A stretch of DNA of 55,991 nucleotides, the filler included, from Platydemus manokwari (Eukaryota), in the NCBI GenBank assembly GCA_037951405.1. It is 4 parts of 4 records of this genome, joined end to end, with 100 filler letters (N's around TTAATTAATTAA, not from the genome) between each part and the next. Parts side by side here need not be neighbours in the genome. Positions count along the whole stretch, not along the records: positions 33,466 to 44,908 come from JBBMOY010669986.1; positions 45,009 to 55,991 come from JBBMOY010997748.1; 2 more parts are not named here. One strand, 5' to 3'. Position numbers and translations under genes: made by a program. The notes beneath the pieces were generated by a model. That model did no database searches, was not told the origin of the DNA, and was given only the letters and a program-made list of their open reading frames with translations. Numbering within the stretch: the stretch's first letter is position 1; each line of letters begins with the position of its first letter. Of the stretch, positions 40,671 through 52,336 are shown one piece after another.

Positions 40671-42418
40671 TATATGCCACCAGCTAGAATTTAAAAGAAT
40701 TATAAATTATTATTATTATATGTTATAATGGCAACAATTAAATTATATTAATAATAACATGAGTTCAGGATATCAATAATAATATTTAAAATCCCATATA
40801 AAATGTCTTTGTTAAAATTTGAAGTACGATTTAAAGAGTTTTAAAATATATATTTAATATTTAATTATATTATTTTGATGTACTTTAATGTTGCATATAA
40901 AAGGAGTAAATTGGCAAATAGTTTTTTGTGACATAATATCGATCCATGAAATGAAACTGTTGATTATCCAGAATTACTAACCTTACCAATATATATATTT
41001 TTTTTCTTCAAATATAAATAATCTTGTTAGGATAATCATTCTTTATGGAATAAATAAAATTAAGAATAAATCATACTTATATAAATCCATATATCATCCC
41101 ATAAATATGAAATTACAATTTCTTTCAAAAATTCTATCAATATTAAATCGATACAGTAAACTAATTACAAAATTAATTAAAAATTTTATCAACTTCGGAT
41201 TCCTGTTATAAAATCTGAGCATATCTGATGGTTTAATATGAATTAATATCATAACAAGAAGGCAAATCATATTAATCAATTGCATCAAACAATTTTAATA
41301 GGAATAATTATCTAAATAAAATTATTAAATAAATCGATTTATTTTTAAATCATTTTATATATAGATTTATATTACATATGTACAGATACAGTTAATTCAA
41401 TGCTGATGTAATCATATTTTTTTATTAAGCGGCCTAAGGCGATTATTAAACTTTTGAAGATGAGAAAGGTTGGTTAATATAATGGTGATTGGGCTTTTTA
41501 ATTATATATATCAATGTGTATATCAGTGAATATAAGTATAAAAATGAATCGTCATAAATTGATTACAAACATGTCTCATAATTTTAAATATGAATTCTAT
41601 TGTAAAGAAATGTGAAACTATTACAACCTATTATCGTAATATTGTTTTATAGTCTTTACCCCAATCGTAAGTACACACATGACTCAATTGATTTTTGATT
41701 GGTCCATTTTTGAATAAGGATTGAAATTCCATCTCGTTATCAGATGGGACTTGCATTTTCTCTTTAAATTTCTTTTAATGAAGTTTAAATGGTACACAAT
41801 ATTGATTACTTTGCAACGCCAAGAATTATAAAATCTATGTCTGGATTTCTACATTAATTTCATTAACTAGGTTTATTAACATTGAAGATAATCAATTATT
41901 ACTCCAAATTTTTATCACAAATATTCGAGAATAATTAAAACAAATATGACAAGTCTATCTATGGGAAACTAGTTGATGGGTGAAGGCAATCAATTAAAAT
42001 TTATTTAACCAATATAGTTTTTCAATAAACATTCAGTTCAATCAATAATATTTCAATATCTCTAAACTCATTTCTTGGTCTCAGCTAAATTGGTCCACGT
42101 TTTCAATTTGATCTAGCTTAATCTCGCTTTGGCCTACAATAATTTTAATAATAAATCCCAATAATATCCACTTTTCATTTATTGATTCTTACCATTATGT
42201 TATTTTTCCAATTTAAAAATATATGGAATTACAAATTGTCGTTTTCAACGAGTTTAACCATTACTCCTCAGAATTAACATAATCGATATTAAAATGAAAT
42301 TAAATCCACAACGTATTGTTTGTAATAAAATTATTATGTTTGTATTACTTATAAATCATAACAATTCACGATTAAATCCTTATATAAATGTTCTATATAT
42401 ATTTTTAAATGTTTCTAG

Positions 42419-42732
42419 ATATCTTTGTTACCGGATTACTCATTTAAGGTTTCGGGGAAAAGACCTCGTGCATATCTACGTCACTTTTGGGGAGGCTTCG
42501 ATTGTGCAATGGTTATTTGCTTATGGCTAAGTATCATCATACAGTCTCTAGAATTGATCAATCTAATGAAGTGTGCGAATAAATTATCAATATGTCAAGA
42601 ATTATTGGATTATTGGAAGAAATATGTCCTTCTTTCGATTCTTAGAAGCCCTAGACCGTTTATACTCACACGACTTTTACGATCATTTCTCAAATTTAGA
42701 TTGCCACAAACAAGAGTAAAAGCTATTCTTCA
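42419..42732 (+). CDS. NALCN: Sodium leak channel NALCN, single internal exon encoding domain I S3-S4 and the S4-S5 linker
   Basis: TTCTAG| acceptor and CA|GTATGT donor. 'YLRHFWGGFDCAMVICLWLSIIIQSLE...ILRSPRPFILTRLLRSFLKFRLPQTRVKAIL' matches the remembered NALCN sequence '[27 protein letters not shown]...[31 protein letters not shown]'. An alternative in-frame acceptor at 42449 is possible. Confidence 0.85.
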
Positions 42733-42918
42733 GTATGTGTTAATCATTATAAAATAATAATAATAATAATGATAATAATAAAATGGAATTATGTATATAT
42801 GCATTTTAATAATCATCTGCAATTATTATTCATATATGTCAAGCACATTATTAATTTAAATTCACTTCAGATGCTTGGTCAACTCTTAAAAATATCTCAG
42901 GTTTTTGTTGCCGTATAT

Positions 42919-43371
42919 CAGTGATTCCTAAACTTTTCGGGCGTACCGCCCCATTTCCAGAATAAATATTACTTAGCGCCCCTAAACTAACCCACACCAA
43001 TTTTTTTAAACTTTTAGTAGCAATTTATAAAAAATATTAATGTTACTATCTTTTTCATTAAACATATTAAAAAGATATATAAATTAGGTAGAAACAATGC
43101 ATTCTGAAAGTAAGAACATATTTATTGCACTTAGAATAGATTTTAATATGAAAACTCAAAATTATGCTTATGAGAAGGATGAACCCAGTGTGCTCCTACC
43201 AATTTTGTAACACTGGGCTCTATTTTCGTCAGAAGTAACCTTAAATCACCCCGATTGACTATCTGCAAGTGGTTTCTGTCTTTTACATTCTTATAGTATT
43301 ATCGTCCCAAATGAGCTTGTATTTACCACCGACCCTCTGGATCCCTGCAGCGCCCACTTTGGAAATCCACG
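42919..43371. mobile_element. Non-autonomous hAT (Charlie-like) element, degenerate
   Basis: Left end CAGTGATTCCTAAACT; right end ACTTTGGAAATCCACG (imperfect inverse). GC-rich subterminal CGCCC motifs at both ends. The 8-nt flanks CCGTATAT and ATCTATAT match 5/8. Confidence 0.55.
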
Positions 43372-44908
43372 ATCTATATGAAAATGTTGCCATTTAATAA
43401 ACCTATTCAATGAATAAAAAATACAAAACTTTAAAAATAACCCGTCAAACGTACAAATTGAGATATCTTTCGAGATTTCCATTGCATCTTTCAATAAATT
43501 TAATTATGAAAATATTTAAAATTATTTACAAAATTATTAAATAAGAAATTTAATCCTGAGGAAAAAAATTGAAAATTATTAGATAAACAGAAAATAAATC
43601 AATTATTAATTTCACATTTTTCATTATCCTTGATAATTTCACTAGCGGAAAGAAATCCTACAGTATCAATTTTCAATGCAAATTAATAACTCAACTTGGC
43701 ATTTCATTTCCAATCATAATTGTTAAGAAATCTGCTGATCTATTTCACAAATGAATTTTTCAATTTTGTTCAGATTTTCTCTCCAATTCAAAAGTGAAAA
43801 TAAATGTTTGATTAGATTTCATAAAAAATATTTGGCCCCAATTATCCAATATAATATATAAAACAATTTTGATCAACATTAACTCAATAATTATCATATT
43901 TATGAGATGAAGTGCCAAATTGTACATAGATAAAAATGGTTTAATTTACTCCTTCACTTGACAAGAAAGGAAATTTTCAAATAAATCTGCTGACATATTA
44001 AAACAATAAAACCAAGATTAAGAGAAAATCAATGACAAAATGTACTTTAATTAGAATTCCTCCTTATTCTGTTATAAAAGATTCTAGAATGTTCGGGGCA
44101 AAAAATAGAATAATTAACAAATAATTTTATCAGAATTATTTTCTGATTTATGAATAATAAAATGCAATGAAAAGTGTTCTGACATTTCTGTGAGAATAAG
44201 GAGATTTTTTCTAAAGTTCGTTATAAGATAAAAAAAAGATTTTTCAATCACGGACAATCAAAAGAAAACTTGAATTTTACAATAGTGTTGAAAGTAGATG
44301 AATTTCACTCAGCATTACGCCAATTGGAACCTTGGAAATCCTATTTCGATACTTTACATATATGCATGATTACAAGGTTATATCTGAATAATAACCATAG
44401 ATTAAGAATGTCAATTCGGCAAAGGGCATGACTATACAGCAACATATACACAGGGATTGACCGTTTCTAATCATACCAAACCTAGAAACCCAATTGAAAT
44501 TGTAGAACAATTCCATAGAATAAAAGTTTACCACATGAAACACATACAAACCCCGAGTATAAGTAGTGATGCAAAGATGGTTTATTACAAATAGAACCCA
44601 TGAATGGCGAGAAACTTGTTATGCTGATTTTGGAGTGAGAGTGATAAGTAGCATTATATTTCAAAAAATAAAAGTTGCAATCACTATTTTGTTTTGATGT
44701 AACCCAATAGTAGCAATATACCGATAGAACATGTAGACTTTTAATTAGACATCTCATTTATATTTAGTAGTCGAAAATGTATTAATTCAATATATTAGCT
44801 TCTGAGAAGATTTGATGAATTTATAGATTATCTTAAGCAAAAGTTTTAAAAAGAAAAAGAAAACGATGCTCAATTTATAACTTTCTAATTTCTAACAATT
44901 TTAAAATC

Positions 44909-45008
44909 NNNNNNNNNNNNNNNNNNNNNNNNNNNNNNNNNNNNNNNNNNNNTTAATTAATTAANNNNNNNNNNNNNNNNNNNNNNNNNNNNNNNNNNNN
45001 NNNNNNNN
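44909..45008. other. Artificial contig spacer (44N-TTAATTAATTAA-44N)
   Basis: Identical to the other two spacers. Confidence 0.97.
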
Positions 45009-45800
45009 TCTTTTGGGTTCAAATTTATTCATCGAGCTAGAACAAATACTCTAGCAATTAATGCATCGCCTTGGAAGACAAATGAAGAAAGCCAAAAGTG
45101 CAGATGTTGCCACAGTTTTCCTGAAACCATGTCACAATCCTACAGTGCTGTAACCCAAACAAAAAGTTACACACTGCTCGTCATGATGCATGTTTAAGTC
45201 AAGTTGTTGAATGTCTTAGATCTAAAGGCCTTATTGTGGCTGTCAACCAAATGTGTTCCCTATTACCGGATAGAAGAGAGCCTATCGATTTAATGGTGAC
45301 TGATGTAAACAAGAAAAATATTTTCCTTGTAGACATGAAATGTCCCATAGATACACTTCAAAACTTTGAGCGGTCAGACAAAATAATATTATTCACTATA
45401 CCGATTTTAGGAATGAGTTTGCTAAATTGAAACCAGATTTAAATATTGAGCTTTTCACTTGTATTATTGGCTCACTCGGTACAGTTCCAGCCTCAACCGA
45501 AGCAATTTTGGCGAAGATTGGCGTGCCAAAGAATAAAATCAGAAATCTGGTCAAACAGTGCGCAATTTCAAATATTGAACATTCAGCGAAAATTTGGCAT
45601 TTCCACTTGACCGGTGCTTTGATCGATTTTATCCAATAACAAAATACCCAATGCAAAGCTGAGATGAGTGAAAGAAAAAAGGAACATTGAAGCAGGCTGT
45701 GCCTCTACTGCGCCGATGACGTCACAAATCCAAGCCTTAAGACCCATGCAGGTCAAAATCAAACCTAGCAGAACAGTCCAAATTTGTATTTTAATAAATC
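45009..45800 (+). mobile_element. 3' end of an RLE-type (R2/R4/NeSL group) non-LTR retrotransposon: CCHC knuckle, restriction-like endonuclease and 3' UTR
   Basis: With two frameshifts it reads FKFIHRARTNTL...KCRCCHSFPETMS(H)ILQCC...ARHDACL...PIDLMVTD...IFLVDMKCP...IIGSLG...KIW, stop at 45639. AATAAA at 45793-45798. Confidence 0.88.
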
Positions 45801-46539
45801 TTGTTACGACTATATGATGGAAATTTCTTCAATTAATATAATAAATCGTCACGATATATTATAAATTAAAACCCACGATACATTAATATCTTAATAGATT
45901 TATAATGGTGCAGAATACACCATTATTATATTTTTCTGATCAGAATTATTTATACCAATTTTGTGAAAGTGTTCTTTATTCGGGAAATCTTTTGTTAATG
46001 TCATTATAAATATGCGAAGACTTGTTTTAGAAGATAACGACTAGGGTTTCCTTAGAGAAAAGCATTTCCCACTGTTGTTTGTTCTTTATTAACGCGTGCT
46101 ATACAGTTTCACTTTGGTGTTATTAGAAATAAACTCTGTGTTTATTTTCTGATCTACCTGCATTTGCCTTGTCTTTAAACGCCTCTGGCTGACTCTTTAT
46201 GTGTCTTCGTTTACTTTATAGATTGATTTTAAATTTGTCTCGTTGTAATCGAAATATTTGTCAAATTATTATTTCGTTTCATTCCTTTAATTCTCTTAAT
46301 TTTTTGTAAGCTTTTAGTTTTGATATTTATTAGTATACTTATTTTATAAAGTTATAAAATTTGAATATATATATAATATTATATTATTTATATTTTATAA
46401 GATATCTATTCATCTGATCTCATCATTGTTGTGTTTCCTTTGTGCTTCATTATTTTTTTGTAAATGAGACATTGTACAATGGACTTTGAAATATAAATAG
46501 TAACAGGGTTTGAAACACTCTTAGTCATATCAATAGAAG

Positions 46540-47750
46540 GCACTCGTGCAAGGCAATTATGAAGTTATCTTCCTCGTTGAATTTGGATAAAAGCGCGTTG
46601 ATGATTGATCTAATTACGATGACTTCCCTTATGAATGGTAACTCTCATTTTTTGTTCGAACAGGTTTGTTCTGATCTTTTGTTCGGTATTGTTACCAAAT
46701 ATCACATGGTCCTTGTGATTATTAACCTCTCGAAACCCGAATATCACTCTTAGTAACCAAGACTGATAAGCTATTGAACTTCAAGTACAAGAGAGTTCGA
46801 GACATGTGTCGTGGTTGTTAACTTTAAGATTTATATGGTTCGGGTGTTTATAACAATATGCTGATATGTAATTACATTTATTTCTACTCTGATGATTTAC
46901 CCTTAACGGATAACGATCTGGTGAAATTCTGTGATATTATCCAGCCATTTGTTAATAATGATCTGGAGGCAAACCCAATTTATCAAGTTAAACTAAGGAA
47001 TTGAAGTAAAGTCGATACTATCCGAAAGCTTACAAGCTGCCTGATAATATTAAATTTCGAGGAATGTTCAAGGTTAAGCCAAATATGACAGTTGAGAAGA
47101 TTGTTATGCAAGCGGCTTGTATAAAAATTGGATGTAATGTGAAAGAAATTTGCTCACCTTACAGCAATGATTTATTTGATTTGGCTTCACCGGTAATTTT
47201 GAATATCCGTTTCTTATTTAAAGTTACAATGGAACGCGACTTAATCACGATATGATAATTTGTGGTTAAACTCAATGCTCATGGTAATTGTACTCCTGGA
47301 TTTGATAATGTGAATTATTTACATTGTAAGATCCTTGATTTTAAAGGGAAACGATTGGCTGATCTCTCTAACAAGGTTATTAGTTCCAAGAAAATTACTG
47401 ATTGGTGTTGAAAATTTAGGGATTCTCTGATTAAAAAATCAAACAACTCACATATTCTTCACCAAGCACTTGCAGGTTCTTATTTGCGCCAATGATTTCA
47501 AAGTAATAACTTAAACTTGTATGGCAATGTCATTTGTAGACATATGAAAACAAACAAAATCTTGCGTAACGATCATATTAGAGAATTTTCTTGGAACTTT
47601 ATATATTGCGCTACACTTAACGTGTCACCTTCTCGAGTCTATGAAAAGAATTCATTGAAACGTAGATACTGTCGATGTTATGTTGACAAAGAGTCACTGG
47701 CACAGGTTAGAGTCATGTTGGCCAACTCTTATAGTTCAATATAAGCAATT
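46540..47750 (+). mobile_element. Heavily decayed non-LTR retrotransposon (RT plus zinc knuckle), probably RLE-type
   Basis: Ordered remnants: 'FEQVCSDLLFGIV' (cf. QGCPLSPLLF), 'YIYFYSDDL' at 46873-46899 (cf. YADDL) and 'WNFIYCATLNVSP...YCRCYVDKESLAQV' (cf. WxFIxxARLNxLP...CRRC...ESLAHV). Confidence 0.6.
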
Positions 47751-48099
47751 CAAATATTCAACATTCCGCTCTGATCTGGTATCATCATCAAATGGAGGTG
47801 CTTCCTAGCATGAAGAACAGGTCAGACCTAAAAGGTAAAGGAAAATCCTAACTTTACGAACGTGAGTCACTGCCTTCGATCTTGGCCAATACAGAAAGCA
47901 GTTGTCAAACTCACCTGTCAGGAGATAATACATCGATGTAATCGAGCTTCGAGGTCTCGGGCCAGGTCGAGCAAGATCCGACAACCCATCTGCAGTCTCT
48001 CATGATGATCAACGATGATGATTTAAATATCTGGATAAACAGTTGTAATTTAGTTCTGAGGTTTTAAGTTCCCCATATATAATCTCGTTAGCTCAATCA

Positions 48100-48500
48100 G
48101 CGCCTAGGGACTTAATGTCTCTGTTGATGCCAATTGTGCTTCAAAGTTGCAGATCGGTCAGCCTCAATGCTCTCAATAACGATCTATGAGAAATACTGTA
48201 CTCGAATTCGATCAAAACAGAGTACAGAACTCCTAAGGAATTTGACATTGTCAATTCTGAACCAATGGCAAAACAGGGATTATTTAGAGCCGGTGATCTT
48301 AGTTCATAGTCCAGTACTCAGAGGCATTCTTAATCCAACTTCTAAGAAGTCGGTCGACCAGTTAGCTCTTCATTCGTGTCTTTTCCTTCCTGCAAGTAGT
48401 CTGAGATCAGTGCTCTTTTAGTTTCTGTGATCAAACCTTTTTATTGGCCTATCTCGATTCTCGTTAAGTGCGCTGTCTTGTGGTCAAGCAAACATCATCT
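48100..48500. repeat. Repeat family C, copy 1 (decayed, GC-richer, probably retroelement internal sequence)
   Basis: CTTCTAAGAAGTCGGTCGACCAG...AGTCTGAGATCAGTGCTCTTT...ACCTTTTTATTGGC...TGTGGTCA aligns with 50490-50612. Start boundary approximate. Confidence 0.6.
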
Positions 48501-50249
48501 CCTGACTGGTTGAACCTCCATCCAACCTCAATAATATCTAATAAATCATTTTAAGAGTTGAAATAATATTTGGAATTCAAATCCCAACTAAAGTTTATTT
48601 GTTATAAAATAAAAATTTGATTAAAAACAGAGTGATCATATTGAGAGATCACGAATCTGTTATTAAAATTTGAACAATATTAAAATGATAGTCGAGTAAC
48701 AATCTATTTATAATAATAAGTAGTTTATTAATTAATAAATAATAATCAATATTTAAAAATGTAGTTGTTGTAGCCACTGCTAATGTTGATAAGTGAAACG
48801 CAAATTCTAATACTGATTCTTTCATTTTCTGAACTCGTTAATAAAATTTTGTCTCAAAATTCTTCCGACTTATCTGCTGATTAGTTTTACCGATAGTGGG
48901 TCTTTAACATCTTACCAAGTTATCCGTCAGAAAATCAAAAAATTCAATTGAATCCCCTCCATATTGATTTACCGGTAACTTCTGACAACTGACAAAGTCA
49001 ACTAAGCTTCCTTGGCTTGCAAACACTTGTTCGGAGCTCCTCGATCCTCGAAAATTAGAATCACTGGGTTCTTCTTGGTCCATGTTTCTAATTTTTCGAC
49101 AGATCCAGAGAATCAAAGCCACTTAAGGATAAACTTTAAATCGAAATATTTCACGTGATTGTGTCGACCTCAACGAATGTTATATAAGGTGTTTATAGCT
49201 AAATAGGTACTGAATTAAAACAAAATGAAATAATGATGTTTATTGGAACAAAACAATCAATTTAACGCACAAAATCAATTTAAAAGAGATAGACAAGTGT
49301 GAAGGCACTTTGGTACCCTCAAATATGGAAACATAACGTGAAGTAAAATATTTCCAATATACTTGATATCAAATGAATTTAAACAAACTTTTTTGTTGTT
49401 TTATAATATTTTCCAACCATTTATGCTAGTCGATAATATGTATTTTATAATAATAATTATAATTAATTATGATTTTTAATTTATTATCTGATTGAGCCGT
49501 GATCATCCATCATAGTTGAATCTCAATCTGTAATTCATTGTGATTTGAATTTCTTTATGTTTTCGTACTCCAAAGGAATTTGTCCTGACTGTAATAATGC
49601 GTCAAAATTTATTGCCTATCAGCATTTTATAATCTGGTCTGGATTTGTGGCGATTTTTAGCTACAATTTAGTAATTCTGGATTTTGAATTATTTGATGAA
49701 TTGGTCTCTAAATTAGTATATAAATGGAAAGCTATTTTCTAGATTTCTTTTAGTCCTATCTGGCTCTGATTTGATGTCCATGGAAGGCGGAAATACGACA
49801 CTATCTCTATCATAAAACTACCATTATCATCCTTACAGCTATCGTTCTTGAGGCTCCGAGAGATCAATAAGTCCTATATATCTCTGAACTGAGGTACTGT
49901 TAAGGTCTAAGGAGAGCCGAAATAAGACCAATTTTCAGTAAGAGATAAGTTTCTTTATTCTTTATATTTTGACCGCTGAACATTATATATAACAGCTAAA
50001 CTCGAATTTTAATTCAAGCAATCTACGCTTCGGAATTATCTTACCGTCACACCTTATAAAAATATTCATTAAATCACTAAATTCCATCAATATATTTTTT
50101 GTTTTTCCACTGGTTTCCTATCACTGGTGGTGAGCAAAATCTGTCCATCTTTGGTTTCAATTCAGAGTCCTTGCCTGAATTGAAATCGATGATTTGCTTA
50201 TTCGAGTTTATGTTTTGAAAAATATCTACTCTTTAGATAGATCGTAACG

Positions 50250-50620
50250 TTTGGATTCAATTGCCACAGCTGATATCAACAGACCAAGCGTTCAGAGACT
50301 ATCTGTATAAAAACGCGTCACGAGCCCTCGATCACTGGTTATCATATTTCCCGAAGAATCTAACTGCATCAATTCCGAGCTCATGACAGAACATGGGTTG
50401 ATTATTTTTCAGAATGTCAACACTTTCGTGCCATCGTTCAAAACAAAGGTGGTGATTCAGAGCCTATGATACTAGATCACGTACAGCCTAACTTGTAAGA
50501 ACATGGCCGACTACTCAGTCTTTGCTTGTGATCCTTTTTCGGAGAGTCTGAGACCAGTGCTCTTTATTTTTTGCTATCATACCTTTTGATTGGCTCATCT
50601 GCTTTGTGGTCATGAAATCG
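50250..50620. repeat. Repeat family C, copy 2
   Basis: CTTGTAAGAACATGGCCGACTAC...AGTCTGAGACCAGTGCTCTTT...ACCTTTTGATTGGC...TGTGGTCA, same orientation as copy 1. Confidence 0.6.
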
Positions 50621-51359
50621 TCAATCATCTGACAAGTTTTATAGTTTCAATGTATTATTATTCACAGTAAATTTGAATTAAGATATTTCAATGGTTATAA
50701 TTTCATTATAATTTAAAAATAGAAATGGGATAATAATTAGAAAATGTTTCCAAAACAAAACATCAACAAGTCAGAAGATTTGTTATCAACAAAAATTGCT
50801 GACATTAATCTAATAATATCTGATTAGAAACATATATGTTTTGAGAAATCTAGCAGAATAAAAACAATTAATATATAAATATTAAGTCAAAAAATCAGTA
50901 TAAATATCGCTTTAATCAAACTGATTAAATAAACCAGATTTAATTTCTGGCTTTGATAAAAAATAATAATCAGAACAAATTAAATAATTATAAGCAGCAA
51001 TAATCATGTCATGAAAGCAGGTGCAAAATTCAGTAAAAACACACTGTTGAGAAAAACTGGTGTCCGAAAATTTTATTATAAAATACTTCAATTTTGAGAA
51101 ATAACTTTTTTGAAATTTACAACTAAAAATTTCTGTTGGAACCATTCTTTCGATAAAACCAAAATAATAAAAAATAATAGTTCATTCAAACTGTTCGGTA
51201 GTTTAACATTCAAAAAGTAGTTCAAAATACTCTTAGATTTTATGCTCTATATAAAGTTGTTTACTTTGTTTTTGCATTAGAACCACATTGTTGACCAAAA
51301 TACTTTGATCCACTTGATGTATTCACAATCGAATAAAATTGATTAATAATACATACATT

Positions 51360-51545
51360 TCGTTAATTTTCAGCTTGACCTACTTTTCAAAAAATCGTTT
51401 TCTGCAAAATTTTTAAAACGTATATTATTTAATTTTTTATTTCAAACAATAATCTTTCGTCTTAAATACTCAAATCAAAAATTCAAAACGTTAATAATTA
51501 AACTATATACAACTATATAGTTTTTGCAATGCGCTCAATAAATTA
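51360..51545. repeat. Dispersed repeat family A, diverged copy 3
   Basis: TCGTTAATTTTCA..TTGACCTACTTT...ATTTCAAACAA...AAAAATTCAAAA...AACTATATAG.TTTTGCAAT matches copies 1 and 2. Confidence 0.6.
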
Positions 51546-51630
51546 AAAAATTTTATCAGTAATTTTTAATTTTAATAAATTTTAACGAACTATTTAGTTA
51601 CCGATAAATTGTTTTGCAAATGTAACGATT

Positions 51631-52336
51631 ATGCCAGAGAAATCTAACGAACAATTAAAGAATAGTTCTAACATGGTATCTTCTAATTTAGAATCGATTT
51701 CTAAAAGAGTATGTATTTTATAAGTTGAATTTTATTTTGAATTCATTATAATATTGATGAGTTTCAACTGAAATTTGTTGATTACAGTGTTGATTATTTT
51801 AGATTTGGAAAACAAACACTGAAATGCTTCACAAATCGACAAAATGTTTCCATTGGATTGATAGTATTCAAAATGGATCATATAAGGCTTATTCGTTGGA
51901 CCAACTGCGTAAAGTGCTTAAATGTATTCAACATATCAATATTGAATATCTAGAAAACAATTTCGGACTTCGTAAAGAGTTGCTTGTATTTTGTGGAGTT
52001 TTTATTGGATTGCACGAGAACAGTGTTGATGATTTGTGTTTGTGGAATTCTGTTTTCCATCAGTTGTTGATATTGCGTTTGGAGAATTCATTTTATCGAC
52101 AATTGGAATCATATTTGAGCAATATCGAAGAATTGGAACTTAATGTGGATTTGGAAATCGTCAAATTTAAACATATTTATCTCCAATGCATTGTTTGTCA
52201 TGACAATCAGGTGTCAATGTTGTATATTCCGTGTGGCCATATTATTATTTGTAATCATTGTTTTACACAGTTAAACCCATCAAAATGCCAATGCTGTTCT
52301 AACGATATCGACAGCTCGCTTCGTATTTATTTTTAA
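51631..52336 (+). CDS. Two-exon gene, about 203 aa, with a C-terminal IAP/MDM2-like RING finger (putative E3 ligase)
   Basis: Exon 1 51631-51708 (MPEKSNEQ...ISKR|GTATGT), 94-nt intron, exon 2 51803-52336 in frame. C-terminus CIVCHDNQVSMLYIPCGHIIICNHC...KCQCCSNDIDSSLRIYF* shows RING ligand spacing and the aromatic tail typical of IAP/MDM2 RINGs. Additional upstream exons cannot be excluded. Confidence 0.8.

Noticed and set aside
44290-44350. 'EFHSALRQLEPWKS' resembling the start of a LINE RT domain
   Set aside because: Single short motif without supporting downstream RT motifs.
45902-45926. 9-bp hairpin ATAATGGTG-7nt-CACCATTAT
   Set aside because: Short and AT-rich; expected by chance in 56 kb.
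14735-52336. CPS1-UBE2O-NALCN-RING as a functional gene cluster or novel system
   Set aside because: The genes lie on separate contigs joined by artificial spacers, except UBE2O and NALCN, and share no evident pathway.
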